64,000 nucleotides of DNA from Patescibacteria group bacterium (lineage in GTDB: Bacteria; Patescibacteriota; UBA1384; XYA2-FULL-43-10; 1-14-0-10-43-13). This document shows, piece after piece, positions 1 through 8,615 of the stretch. Within the stretch, counting starts at the first letter, position 1. Each line of letters begins with the position of its first letter. The notes beneath the pieces are model-generated. The model saw only the letters and a program-made list of their open reading frames with translations, did not search any database and was not told the DNA's origin. Location of the stretch: contig JBAYHC010000001.1 of assembly GCA_041666325.1 (NCBI GenBank), positions 265,708 through 329,707 of the forward strand, in the 5' to 3' direction. A program made the translations under genes and the position numbers.

Positions 1-569
1 GAGGCGAGGCGTTGCATGGCCGTGGCCATGATTCGCTTTACCTTATCATCGACGTTATCTTTAACATATTTATCAACTTCCCTAAGTTTTTTGACTATCT
101 CCTCCTTACCTTCGCGCTCAATTAAGTCCATCAGAACCTTTTTGGCCTCATCCTTCGTCATTTTGGCGATACGCTCAAGACTCTCCTCCTGCTTCTTGCG
201 AAGATCACGGAGAACGGTCTTAATCTCCTCGATCTGCTTCTCTTTGACTTGTAGATCCTTTTGGTTCTTGCCTAGCTCTTCGAAACGAACATCGATCGAA
301 AGCTCGCGCTTACGCAAGTCCATCTCTGTTTTTTCGAGGTACTTTTCCTTTTCATTGAGCTCCTTGCCAGCTCTCTCCCTCTCCTTCATGGCCTCTGACT
401 GTGCTGCTAACAATACCTCTTTTTCCTTGGTTTTGGCTCGCTCCAAGATCTTCTCGGCCTGAAGCTTTGCATCTGATATCTTCTTAATAGAGAGAACTTG
501 GAAAATAAAATAGCCGAAAACCCCACCAAGCAAAAAGCCGGCGATGATCAATAGACCCGTTAGTAGCAT
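1..569 (-). CDS. rny: Ribonuclease Y, N-terminal part (gene runs off the window start); N-terminal TM helix MLLTGLLIIAGFLLGGVFGYFIF followed by Lys/Glu-rich coiled coil
   Basis: Manual translation of minus strand from ATG at 569..567 gives MLLTGLLIIAG...LAAQSEAMKERERAGKELNEKEKYLEK..., the typical RNase Y N-terminal TM + coiled coil; no stop before window edge; GGAA-type RBS upstream. Confidence 0.7.
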   Translation of the reverse strand, partial: MLLTGLLIIAGFLLGGVFGYFIFQVLSIKKISDAKLQAEKILERAKTKEKEVLLAAQSEAMKERERAGKELNEKEKYLEKTEMDLRKRELSIDVRFEELGKNQKDLQVKEKQIEEIKTVLRDLRKKQEESLERIAKMTKDEAKKVLMDLIEREGKEEIVKKLREVDKYVKDNVDDKVKRIMATAMQRLA

Positions 570-835
570 ACATTCCTTTCATAGACCCAAGTATCATGAT
601 TTCTCAGCAAAAAGTTCCCATCCAAAGTAGTTCACGTAAGCGCAATTTGGGTAACCAAAAATTAATCCGGAAAGATTAACCTGCGTTCTTCTGAGATAGG
701 GAGCTGATTTTTATTCATGATGCGATTTATTGGGAATTTCAATTAATTAAATACAAATTACATGAATTATACTATCTTGCGAAATAAATAGCAACAAGAC
801 ATTAATTATCCAGCGTGTTGGCTCCTAATAACCAA

Positions 836-866
836 AAAGAATTTCAGGCAAGCTGAAATTCTTTTT
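836..866 (-). terminator. Hairpin agaatttcag-gcaag-ctgaaattct flanked by A-run/T-run, downstream of minus-strand tRNA-Glu
   Basis: Perfect 10-bp inverted repeat followed (on minus strand) by TTTTT. Confidence 0.5.
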
Positions 867-940
867 GGTAGCGCCAAAGGGAGTCGAACCCTTCTTACCA
901 CATTGAAAGCGTGGTGTCCTAACCGATAGACGATGGCGCC
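866..940 (-). tRNA. tRNA-Glu (anticodon TTC), CCA encoded
   Basis: Hand-folded cloverleaf: acceptor GGCGCCA/TGGCGCT (G1-U72), D arm GTC..GGTTAGGAC, anticodon stem CCACG/TGTGG loop CTTTCAA, T arm AAGGG-TTCGACT-CCCTT. Confidence 0.8.
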
Positions 941-941
941 A

Positions 942-1016
942 TGGTGGATCGCCTGAGACTCGAACTCAGAACCAATGGCTTAAGAGGCCACTGCTCTACC
1001 ATTGAGCTAGCGATCC
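942..1016 (-). tRNA. tRNA-Lys (anticodon CTT), CCA encoded
   Basis: Acceptor GGATCGC/GCGATCC perfect, D arm GCTC-AATGGTA-GAGC, anticodon loop CTCTTAA, T arm CTGAG-TTCGAGT-CTCAG. Confidence 0.85.
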
Positions 1017-1062
1017 AAATATGTTACGACACTGCTCTACCTCCGCCAACTGGCGGAGAGCT
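1017..1062 (-). repeat. Partial duplicate of the tRNA-Lys 5-prime region (GGATCGCTAGCTC....GTAGAGCAGTG) with an 8-bp hairpin (CTCCGCCA-GT-TGGCGGAG) inserted in place of the D-loop; lies in the leader of the tRNA-Lys/Glu transcript
   Basis: Direct repeat of 13 nt + 11 nt of the adjacent tRNA-Lys; no anticodon/T arm present, so not a functional tRNA. Confidence 0.5.
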
Positions 1063-1211
1063 AGCGATCCACACTTTTTACTTTATGAATAATACCAAAT
1101 TTATGCGAAAACAGCAAGTCTTTCTCCTTGCCGGGCACCAGTCTTGGTAACTCGCATCTGAATTGAGGTAGTAAAACGATGGTGTTTACTATTAACATCA
1201 AAGGAATCAAA

Positions 1212-1430
1212 ATGCCGCGAGGAGTAGGGGGCAAAGGCCCAGCCAATATTATGCAGCACATCGATGGAATAAATTTTCCGGCAACAAAGCAAGACATAAT
1301 CGATCAAATTGAATTAAACCGTGACAAATATCCCCATACGGATGATGTTCTTGAGATAGCCCAACAGATTCCGGGCAAAGAATACCTCTCTTCCAGCGAG
1401 ATTTTGGAAGAGGTGGGCAAAATCGAATAA
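1212..1430 (+). CDS. DUF2795 family small protein
   Basis: MPRGVGGKGPANIMQHIDGINFPATKQDIIDQ... matches DUF2795 pattern (GG..PA.i..yL.Gi.FPA.K.dli); AAAGGAA RBS 5 nt upstream of ATG 1212; terminator follows. Confidence 0.65.
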   Translation: MPRGVGGKGPANIMQHIDGINFPATKQDIIDQIELNRDKYPHTDDVLEIAQQIPGKEYLSSSEILEEVGKIE

Positions 1431-1446
1431 GAAATTATTAATACAA

Positions 1447-1485
1447 AGATAGAGAGCAATCAAAGAATGCTCTCTATCTTTTATG
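1447..1485 (+). terminator. Rho-independent terminator (AGATAGAGAGC / GCTCTCTATCT + TTTT)
   Basis: 11-bp perfect stem, 11-nt loop, T-run. Confidence 0.6.
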
Positions 1486-1710
1486 AAGCCGATCCCGACT
1501 ATTCTAACAATTTATGTGTCAAAAATATGTTGTTCTGGAAATATTATTTTCCTATCAGAATCAATCAGGCGAGTGATGTATCTAATTATCTTGGCCCGAA
1601 CTGGTATTTTCTCAAAAATCAGTCACCCATTAAGAGCTAGGCACGAACTGATTTGTGCGCAATAGTAGAGAGGGGAACAACTCTAAGCACATAGCAGGGA
1701 GGTGATAACA

Positions 1711-1896
1711 ATGGCAGAAAGAAGAATGGCCAACGGCGGCGAAATCTCAGTCAGAGAGGCAGGTCGCCGCGGCGGAAGAAGGACAAGCGAAACCCATGGC
1801 CACGAGTTTTATGAAGAGATAGGTCAAAAAGGTGGGCAACGCGTCCGAGAGTTAATTCAAAGAGGCAAAGACGCTGAAAAAGGCGGACGTCGATAA
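1711..1896 (+). CDS. GsiB-like general stress protein / LEA-type hydrophilin (KGG repeat), paralog 1
   Basis: RMANGGEISVREAGRRGGRRTSETHGHEFYEEIGQKGGQ closely mirrors the B. subtilis GsiB repeat (HDKEFYQEIGQKGGEATS); GGGAGGTGA RBS 7 nt before ATG 1711. Confidence 0.75.
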   Translation: MAERRMANGGEISVREAGRRGGRRTSETHGHEFYEEIGQKGGQRVRELIQRGKDAEKGGRR

Positions 1897-2243
1897 TCAA
1901 TAAACAAACGCTGATTCGATCATAAAATTATTGCAACAACGGTCACGTCTCCGCGAGAAATCGACCAAAAGACGGTAAGGCCAAACGAACTATATAAAGT
2001 AGGGAAACCTCATCCCTGCTTTATATTTTTTAGAAAAGGAGTCCTTTGTCTTTTTCCAGAAAAGATAAATCGACTGTCAATATTACTTACTTTAATTCGA
2101 AACCACTTTCAAATATTCTCATCCCCTGACCCGACATATACGAATGCACTTTTATGCCTCTTTCCTGGTTACAGCCAACGATGAGCGTAAAATATAAGTG
2201 GAGGACAAAAATTATATAACCAATCAGTGGGAGGTGAATTACA

Positions 2244-2480
2244 ATGGAAAAGAGAAGCATGGAAGAAGAGAATGAAATGACCGTCCGCGAAGCCGGCGAG
2301 AAGGGCGGCAAGCGCACACGGGAGACTCACGGCCATGATTTTTACGAGGAGATCGGCAAAAAAGGTGGCGAACGTACCAGCGAGACACACGGTCACGACT
2401 TCTACGAGGAGATCGGTGAAAAAGGTGGAAAACGCGTACGCGAACTAATCGAAGAGGGCAAAGAAGCAGAAGAAAAGTAA
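2244..2480 (+). CDS. GsiB-like general stress protein, paralog 2 (two ETHGHDFYEEIGxKGG repeats)
   Basis: Repeat ETHGHDFYEEIGKKGGERTS x2; GGGAGGTGA RBS. Confidence 0.8.
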   Translation: MEKRSMEEENEMTVREAGEKGGKRTRETHGHDFYEEIGKKGGERTSETHGHDFYEEIGEKGGKRVRELIEEGKEAEEK

Positions 2481-2507
2481 CACCGGACACACTCAGAAAG
2501 GACTACA

Positions 2508-2693
2508 ATGAATAACGATGGCGAGATGACCGTCCGCGAAGCCGGCAAGAAGGGTGGTGAAAAAGGCGGAAAAAAGGGTGGCGAAACAACAAAACAGAGA
2601 TACGGTCACGATTTCTACGAGGAGATCGGTGAAAAAGGTGGAAAACGCGTACGCGAGCTAATCGAAGAGGGCAAAGAAGCAGAAGAAAAGTAA
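2508..2693 (+). CDS. GsiB-like general stress protein, paralog 3
   Basis: MTVREAGKKGGE...YGHDFYEEIGEKGGKRVRELIEEGKEAEEK; C-terminal 25 aa identical to paralog 2; AAAGGA RBS. Confidence 0.8.
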   Translation: MNNDGEMTVREAGKKGGEKGGKKGGETTKQRYGHDFYEEIGEKGGKRVRELIEEGKEAEEK

Positions 2694-2704
2694 TAAATAA
2701 AACA

Positions 2705-2734
2705 CTAAATGGGAGCGCAATGCTCCCATTTAGT
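2705..2734. terminator. Hairpin CTAAATGGGAGC-gcaat-GCTCCCATTTAG between convergent genes (weak T-run)
   Basis: 12-bp perfect inverted repeat directly after paralog 3 stop. Confidence 0.5.
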
Positions 2735-2755
2735 TAATACATTATTTGTGATTAA

Positions 2756-3211
2756 TTAACGAAGGCCAATATTTGTCGTGGTCTTCCAGTTGTTTTGTAG
2801 CCACTTCCACTCATCGTCTGCCCAGTGCGATATACCCCTTCTCTCAAGCTCCTTTTCAACGACTCCACCTTTGTGAGGATGGAGACATCGCCTTGGCAGC
2901 GGAGAGGAAAAACCATGCGTATAGTGGCAAAGTTCATGAGCAATAGTCGCATCAATGACATACTCCGGGATCTTCTTGCTCTGAAAATGCCCATTAATCA
3001 GAATTTGTGTATCAAAGTTATTTCTTAGATCATTGCCCCCGCGACTGCAAATGCTTCCCAGTCTTTTTTTTGCTTTTCGACCAAACCTAATTTGAACATC
3101 GTTCGGCCGTGGCACATCAGGAAAGTGCCTTTCCCAAATAATCTGAAGTCTCTCCTGCAAATAGGAATCATCTCGCACAAACTTCTCCTTATTAATTAAA
3201 TAATATTGCAA
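2756..3211 (-). CDS. DUF45 / YgjP-like (M48-related) zinc metallopeptidase
   Basis: KKRLGSICSRGG (WGSC-like motif) and IPEYVIDATIAHELCHY (HExxH) as in DUF45 family proteins. Confidence 0.6.
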   Translation of the reverse strand: MQYYLINKEKFVRDDSYLQERLQIIWERHFPDVPRPNDVQIRFGRKAKKRLGSICSRGGNDLRNNFDTQILINGHFQSKKIPEYVIDATIAHELCHYTHGFSSPLPRRCLHPHKGGVVEKELERRGISHWADDEWKWLQNNWKTTTNIGLR

Positions 3212-3600
3212 ACCCCTCGAACACTAATTTGCTGGTTTGCAAACCTGACCAGCCATCCAGAGAAAAATACTGCTTCAAATATATCACGACACCTTTTTGC
3301 CGGGCCTATTCCTGCCGCAGAAAAGCTTTGCTTGCCACAATATTCGGTCTCTATTTTTTTACTCTCCACAAGCAGGGTATTTTAAACATTTTTTTCAGCT
3401 CCTGCAAACCAATTTTTATATAGCTAAAGAGGGAACAAAGCACCTGCCAATGCAAGAAACCCTTAAAAGAAATGTTTGATTTATTACCATGACAAATGCA
3501 TTACTCGAGCCTGGCTTGCGCACAATAGCAGTATTACAGCTGCACGATCCAATTTGTTGCTATAATCTAAGAGGAAAGCAACTTAATATTTATTGAACAA

Positions 3601-3903
3601 ATGATAACAGCAGAAGACATTGAAAGATTGCGAATTGAGATTATCAAGCCATCTTCGGGCGAAATTACACTTGCTGACCTTGCAGCTAGAGTAATTAACA
3701 TACTCCTGATACTCGTTGGAGTTCTCGCCTTTATCTATCTCATCTATGCCGGAATACTATATATAACCTCAGCAACCAATCCTGACCAAGCACAGAAGGC
3801 ACAAAAAGCAGTTATCAACGTAATTGTTGGTATAATCGTAGTCGCCCTCGCATACACAATAGTTCGTTTAGCAGCATCGTTCGCTGCGCGGCTTGGCTTC
3901 TAG
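3601..3903 (+). CDS. Small two-TM membrane protein, TrbC/VirB2-like (pilin-like) fold typical of CPR genomes
   Basis: Two hydrophobic helices separated by SATNPDQAQKAQKA loop; no SD sequence upstream. Confidence 0.4.
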   Translation: MITAEDIERLRIEIIKPSSGEITLADLAARVINILLILVGVLAFIYLIYAGILYITSATNPDQAQKAQKAVINVIVGIIVVALAYTIVRLAASFAARLGF

Positions 3904-3966
3904 CTAAACACGCCGCATCACTAAAAAACCGCCCACCTTTTGGAGCGATTTTTTAGGAATGTATTC

Positions 3967-4239
3967 CTATTTTTCTTCCTTTTCCTGCTCGGCCTCTTTG
4001 CCTTCTTCGATTAGTTCACGTACGCGCTGTCCGCCTTTCTCTCCACCCTTTTTGCCAATTTCCTCGTAGAAGTCGTGACCGTGTGTCTCGCTGGTACGTT
4101 CGCCACCTTTTTCACCGATCTCCTCGTAGAATTCATGGCCATATTTTTCGCTTGTTGTTTCACCACCCTTTTTACCAGCTTCACGGACGGTCATCTCGCC
4201 ATCTTCCATCTCCTCGCGCTCTTTTTCGTCTCGGTCCAT
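3967..4239 (-). CDS. GsiB-like general stress protein, paralog 4 (two repeats)
   Basis: MTVREAGKKGGETTSEKYGHEFYEEIGEKGGERTSETHGHDFYEEIGKKGG; GAGGAGG RBS. Confidence 0.8.
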   Translation of the reverse strand: MDRDEKEREEMEDGEMTVREAGKKGGETTSEKYGHEFYEEIGEKGGERTSETHGHDFYEEIGKKGGEKGGQRVRELIEEGKEAEQEKEEK

Positions 4240-4451
4240 GTGGGCCTCCTCGAGTCGATTACAAGGTTAAATTTTGGAAGATACGCCCAAAAGCGTCTCT
4301 CTTCCCTTCCCCTTCTCGTTCTCATAGTAACATCAAGCGGATGACTACACCCGATTAAATTTGAAAAAATTATCTTGCCCACACAACCAAAATTTAAAGC
4401 CAGAATACAAGTTGTTTTTTGCGTTTATCGGAATCAATAACTTTGAAAAAA

Positions 4452-5684
4452 CTAGTATGGTCTCGCCAAGCGCATCGAACGAACCTGTCCCGTGGCATAG
4501 CCTCGACCATCACCCAATGGGTCATGCATTATATATTTACCACCGACCTTGTCCTTGATAACAATGAAGTGCGAAGAACCATCATTATTGATTGCGCCAA
4601 CATCTGGTAAATAAATACTAACTATAACTGGCTGGCCGGTAGCAATCTCCCTATCCACCACACTCCAGTCAATTGACTGGTTTGAGGTCACATTGATTCC
4701 AATTCCAGGAGGAGAAGAAACCATCAGCGCCCCACTACCACTAAAGATTGCTCCATTCGAGGCGATAGTATTTGGTGTAGTCCCATTGCCATAATATTTT
4801 GCAACCATCGCTATTGATGTGATCAGGCACCCGTATTGGTTGATGGTATAGGGAGAGTTGCCTAATCGAGCAAAGTTGCCGGCCTGGGAATAATACCAAC
4901 TTGGGTCATTCGAGGACACAATCTGGTCACCCCACGACCGAGTCACTACAAGAGAGCTGATCCTATTGTCGATCTCAGACATCTTGTCCCTGGCCTCTTG
5001 CTCTTGATGCCTTAGATCAGCGATAGTATTGTGCGTATCGCTAAGAAGTCTATCCTTCAGAGCTCGATCATTCTCTAGGTTTTTCCTGGCACTCTCTTGA
5101 TCATTTCGCAAGCTCTCAAAAATCTCCCTCTGACTCTCCTGTTCGTTACGTTGTCTGATTAAACTTTCTTTCACTTGGCTAATCTTGGCTTGAATCTCCT
5201 CAATCTGCCGTTTGACTGAACCATACTGCTCTTGTGTATCGACAGCGTCGGAAATATTTTCCGAGCCCATCAGGGTCCGAAGCAAACCATCGTCGCCCTC
5301 CATATACCAAGAAGAGACAACTCGCGCCATCTTAACTTTCTCCTGAGCCAGATTGTCCTCTTCGACCCTAACTTTAGCTCCGATATCGTCAATGTTGTTG
5401 CGTACGCGATTGATTTTCTGGTCAGTTGTCGCGATAGCCTTCTCGGTTTGAAAAATCCTGCTGTTGATGATCGCCATGTCGTACTCAATTGCACGTGCTT
5501 GCGACTCTTTTTCGGCCGCCTGTCTCCTCGCCTCCTCGGCTGCTTGCAGATACTGACTACGTTGCTGACGCAGAACGCTTTGACTCTCCGCCATAGCAAC
5601 GTATGGTATGACAATTTGTGATAAAACAGTCATAATGATCAACAGTCGAACAAAAAAACCTATTCCCTTAGAATACTTCTTCAT
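4452..5684 (-). CDS. Secreted coiled-coil protein with C-terminal C39-like (papain-fold) cysteine peptidase domain; PcsB-like architecture
   Basis: Signal peptide, ~230 aa heptad-rich Q/E/R region, then YSQAGNFARLGNSPYTINQYGCLITSIAMVAKYYG (C39_2-type catalytic Cys motif); AAGGAGA RBS. Confidence 0.7.
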   Translation of the reverse strand: MKKYSKGIGFFVRLLIIMTVLSQIVIPYVAMAESQSVLRQQRSQYLQAAEEARRQAAEKESQARAIEYDMAIINSRIFQTEKAIATTDQKINRVRNNIDDIGAKVRVEEDNLAQEKVKMARVVSSWYMEGDDGLLRTLMGSENISDAVDTQEQYGSVKRQIEEIQAKISQVKESLIRQRNEQESQREIFESLRNDQESARKNLENDRALKDRLLSDTHNTIADLRHQEQEARDKMSEIDNRISSLVVTRSWGDQIVSSNDPSWYYSQAGNFARLGNSPYTINQYGCLITSIAMVAKYYGNGTTPNTIASNGAIFSGSGALMVSSPPGIGINVTSNQSIDWSVVDREIATGQPVIVSIYLPDVGAINNDGSSHFIVIKDKVGGKYIMHDPLGDGRGYATGQVRSMRLARPY

Positions 5685-5903
5685 AGTGCCTAAGCAATTT
5701 CTCCTTCTTGACCCTACTGACTAAGCAGGACCACTAATAGAGCATTACAAATGAGGATTATACTACACTTTAGGCACGATCGAGGACACACCAAGACAGC
5801 CCACCCGAATCATGAGCCTGTGCGAGATCAATTGATTGTTTTCGCGATTTTATTCAATCGGGAGCAATCTATCTGCGTAACGTAAATAACAATTAATTTT
5901 TTT

Positions 5904-6554
5904 TCACTGGTCAGAGACATAATTTTTCATAATTGCCACTACCTCTTCATCAGAAACCTGATTGAATTCTTCATAATAGGCACCGACTGCCTCTAGAAAT
6001 GAATCTGGAGCCAAAAGAGTGATGAGTTCCTCAGTTTGACTCCGAATAAGTTCAACAATATCAGGCGACAAAACCGGCACGGCCACAACAATCTTCTTTG
6101 GCCTTTGATCTTTGATCTCCTCGATAGCAGCAAGCATTGTCAGACCGGTAGCAATTCCGTCATCAACAATAATAGCAATCTTGTCCTTAGCTGACACAGG
6201 TGGGCGGCCCCCGAGATACAGTTCTCTGCGCCTCCCTATCTCAAACTTATGTCGTTCAATCTCCCTCTCTAGCCAACCGTCATTAACATCATAGAACTTT
6301 AGCGTGTCGCCAACCTTATGGCCGCTTTCCGATATCGCACCGATAGCGAACTCCGGATTAAACGGATGACCAATTTTTCGAACGAAAATAAGGTCGAGAG
6401 GTAATCCTAGATGCTTGGCAACTTCATCTGCCACAATCACGCCCCCGCGAGGAAGCCCGTATACAACCGCATCCATACCCCTATACTTCTCAAGCTTGTC
6501 CGCCAGCTTTTGTCCTACCTCTTGTCTATTTTTAAATCGGGTATTCGTGTCCAT
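5904..6554 (-). CDS. Phosphoribosyltransferase-domain protein (COG1926-type)
   Basis: VVYGLPRGGVIVADEVA ... IAIIVDDGIATGLTM PRTase motifs; start moved to MDTNT (GGGAGGAG RBS). Confidence 0.7.
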   Translation of the reverse strand: MDTNTRFKNRQEVGQKLADKLEKYRGMDAVVYGLPRGGVIVADEVAKHLGLPLDLIFVRKIGHPFNPEFAIGAISESGHKVGDTLKFYDVNDGWLEREIERHKFEIGRRRELYLGGRPPVSAKDKIAIIVDDGIATGLTMLAAIEEIKDQRPKKIVVAVPVLSPDIVELIRSQTEELITLLAPDSFLEAVGAYYEEFNQVSDEEVVAIMKNYVSDQ

Positions 6555-6661
6555 CTCCTCCCTGCCGGTGTATTCTAGCACTCAACTGTAACACGATACC
6601 CACTCTTTTCAATTGGCTATTCTCAACAAAAAAACGCCATCACGAAGATGGAGTTAATTTG

Positions 6662-6737
<76 letters not shown>

Positions 6738-6738
6738 C

Positions 6739-6815
6739 TGGTACCTCCAGAGGGATTCGAACCCCCGACTTCCACGTCCGAAGCGTGGCGCTCTAATCCA
6801 CTGAGCTATGGAGGC
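6739..6815 (-). tRNA. tRNA-Arg (anticodon TCG)
   Basis: Anticodon stem CCACG/CGTGG loop CTTCGGA, T arm GGGGG-TTCGAAT-CCCTC; G1-U72 wobble in acceptor. Confidence 0.7.
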
Positions 6816-6914
6816 ATGTCGACCAAGCTTGCTCAAAAACCAGGTTTAACTATAACAAAATTTCCCCTCGAGAACAACCCCGGCCAGTATTTTATGTTTT
6901 AAATACAGGCAGCC

Positions 6915-7844
6915 TTACTCCTTGCCACCCTTTCCGTCTGCTCGAAAATCTTCATCAGACAACTTCGGGGTTCCCTTGTATACAGAGTCAAGCAAAGCAG
7001 GAAGTGCTCCAGCCCGTTCTGCCCTTTCGATTGCTTCGTGCGTGATAATCTCTCCGGTGTTCAAGATAATTTCGTCGCTTTCGCTATAGATCACTCTTGT
7101 TGTTGGTCTGCCGAGAGCGTCATTGATGCGCCGCCTACGAGCCTCATCGCTTGTCCTACTCCAGATACTGCCAGCGCTCTGCTTTATTTGATCCCAAGCA
7201 CTGGAAGCACTCTCCTTCATACTGCTCCCGGTTCCTCCCTCTCTGTACTCATGCGCATACTGCTTGGTTTTTTCCTTGGTTTTTTGAATCATCTCCCCCG
7301 TCTTCGATTTGGCCTGCTCAAACACACCCATTGCCCCACCAACTTGCTCCTCGATAATGCTGGCCGTGTCAGCCGGAACAAAAACTACATCTTGGCCAAC
7401 TTTGGTTAACTTTGGCGCAGGAACGAATGACCTACCTTTATAGATATCAGAGAATAGTCCTCCCATCACATCAAAGCCTTCCGATTTTCCACTCTTCTCA
7501 TCGAAAGCTATATCTGTAATAACCCCTAGCTCCTTGCCATCTTCGGTAACAACGCGCTTACCCCGCACATCATACTCTTTGCTGAGTAATGCCTCGATCT
7601 TTGGATGCTTGCCGGCAGCAACAACATCATTTTTGCTGGCAATTGTAACAGCGCTTGGTCCTATCGCCTCTATCTTCTCGAAGGGCACGATCTTAGCCTG
7701 AGCAAAAAGGCTGCCGCCTTCAGCAAGCAGGGCGATTATTCGGCAAGACTCAGGATCAAAAACAACATCGTCTATACGATAAATAATCTTTCCATCATCA
7801 CGAGTGATGATGGGTTTGTTAATTAATTCTTTGGATCGCATCAT
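6915..7844 (-). CDS. PRC-barrel domain protein (two PRC-barrel modules)
   Basis: Repeated pattern I..DG..lG.v.Dv.fD from PRC-barrel fold; AAGGAGGA RBS. Confidence 0.65.
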   Translation of the reverse strand: MMRSKELINKPIITRDDGKIIYRIDDVVFDPESCRIIALLAEGGSLFAQAKIVPFEKIEAIGPSAVTIASKNDVVAAGKHPKIEALLSKEYDVRGKRVVTEDGKELGVITDIAFDEKSGKSEGFDVMGGLFSDIYKGRSFVPAPKLTKVGQDVVFVPADTASIIEEQVGGAMGVFEQAKSKTGEMIQKTKEKTKQYAHEYREGGTGSSMKESASSAWDQIKQSAGSIWSRTSDEARRRRINDALGRPTTRVIYSESDEIILNTGEIITHEAIERAERAGALPALLDSVYKGTPKLSDEDFRADGKGGKE

Positions 7845-8139
7845 CTTTCCTCCTTTCTCTTGTATCTTACGTCTGCGAGATCAACTGTAAAGTCGTTCAA
7901 ATGGCCGGACTTTTCATTCGACTGATTTCCGGGCTATAATTGACATTGTGATGGTTTTTAGGTAATATGAAATCGGTAATGGGCGTGAATTTATGAAGGA
8001 TAAATTCCGATGGATGATAGCGAGTTGTTTTTTAAACTCCTTATTTTGGTGGAAAATCCTATGCTCTATATCTAGATCCGGTTATACGAAATATATTTAC
8101 GCTTAGACATCGGATATTGAGAAGGATTTTTTTAATTTC

Positions 8140-8215
8140 GGGGTGTGGCTCAGTTGGCTAGAGCACCGCGTTTGGGACGCGGGGGTCGTCGGTTCGAGTC
8201 CGACCACCCCGACCA
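8140..8215 (+). tRNA. tRNA-Pro (anticodon TGG)
   Basis: GGGGTGT acceptor, anticodon loop TTTGGGA, T arm GTCGG-TTCGAGT-CCGAC. Confidence 0.85.
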
Positions 8216-8245
8216 GATTGTTTTCCCAAAATTGATATAAAATGT

Positions 8246-8320
8246 GCGGGTATCGTATAGCGGCTATTATGCGACCCTTCCAAGGTTGAGATGCGGGTCC
8301 GACTCCCGCTACCCGCTCCA
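8246..8320 (+). tRNA. tRNA-Gly (anticodon TCC)
   Basis: GCGGGTA/TACCCGC acceptor, anticodon stem CGACC/GGTTG loop CTTCCAA, T arm GCGGG-TCCGACT-CCCGC. Confidence 0.75.
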
Positions 8321-8354
8321 TCCAACTACGCTTAAAGCTACATTGGACAAGTAT

Positions 8355-8430
8355 GGCGGCCATGGTGAAGTGGTTATCACGGCAGTTTGTGGCACTGCAG
8401 TCATGGGTTCAATTCCCGTTGGCCGCCCCA
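8355..8430 (+). tRNA. tRNA-His (anticodon GTG) with extra G-1
   Basis: G(-1)GCGGCC...GGCCGC-C73-CCA; anticodon loop TTGTGGC. Confidence 0.85.
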
Positions 8431-8434
8431 TAAG

Positions 8435-8463
8435 AAAGAGACGGATTTACGCCGTCTTTTTCT
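8435..8463 (+). terminator. Rho-independent terminator after tRNA Pro-Gly-His cluster
   Basis: AAAGAGACGG-atttac-GCCGTCTTT + TTCTT. Confidence 0.6.
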
Positions 8464-8615
8464 TATGGATTAAGTATCAACGAGGAAGCCAAACTATCAT
8501 ATTCCCGCTGTACCCTTCCGAAGCGAAGATTCACCTCTCGAAACTGGAAGATTCGAGGCAAAAGAGAGCAAAGGAGGGTTGGCTGCCTCATAAGAAAAGG
8601 CGCAAAATATTGCGC

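Noticed and set aside
16-462. 148-aa plus-strand ORF (MAVAMIRFTLSSTLSL...)
   Set aside because: Low-complexity S/L-rich frame lying antisense to a clear RNase Y coding sequence; no RBS.
941-1150. 69-aa ORF overlapping tRNA-Lys/Glu
   Set aside because: Entirely within tRNA genes on the opposite strand; composition of the translation is tRNA-derived noise.
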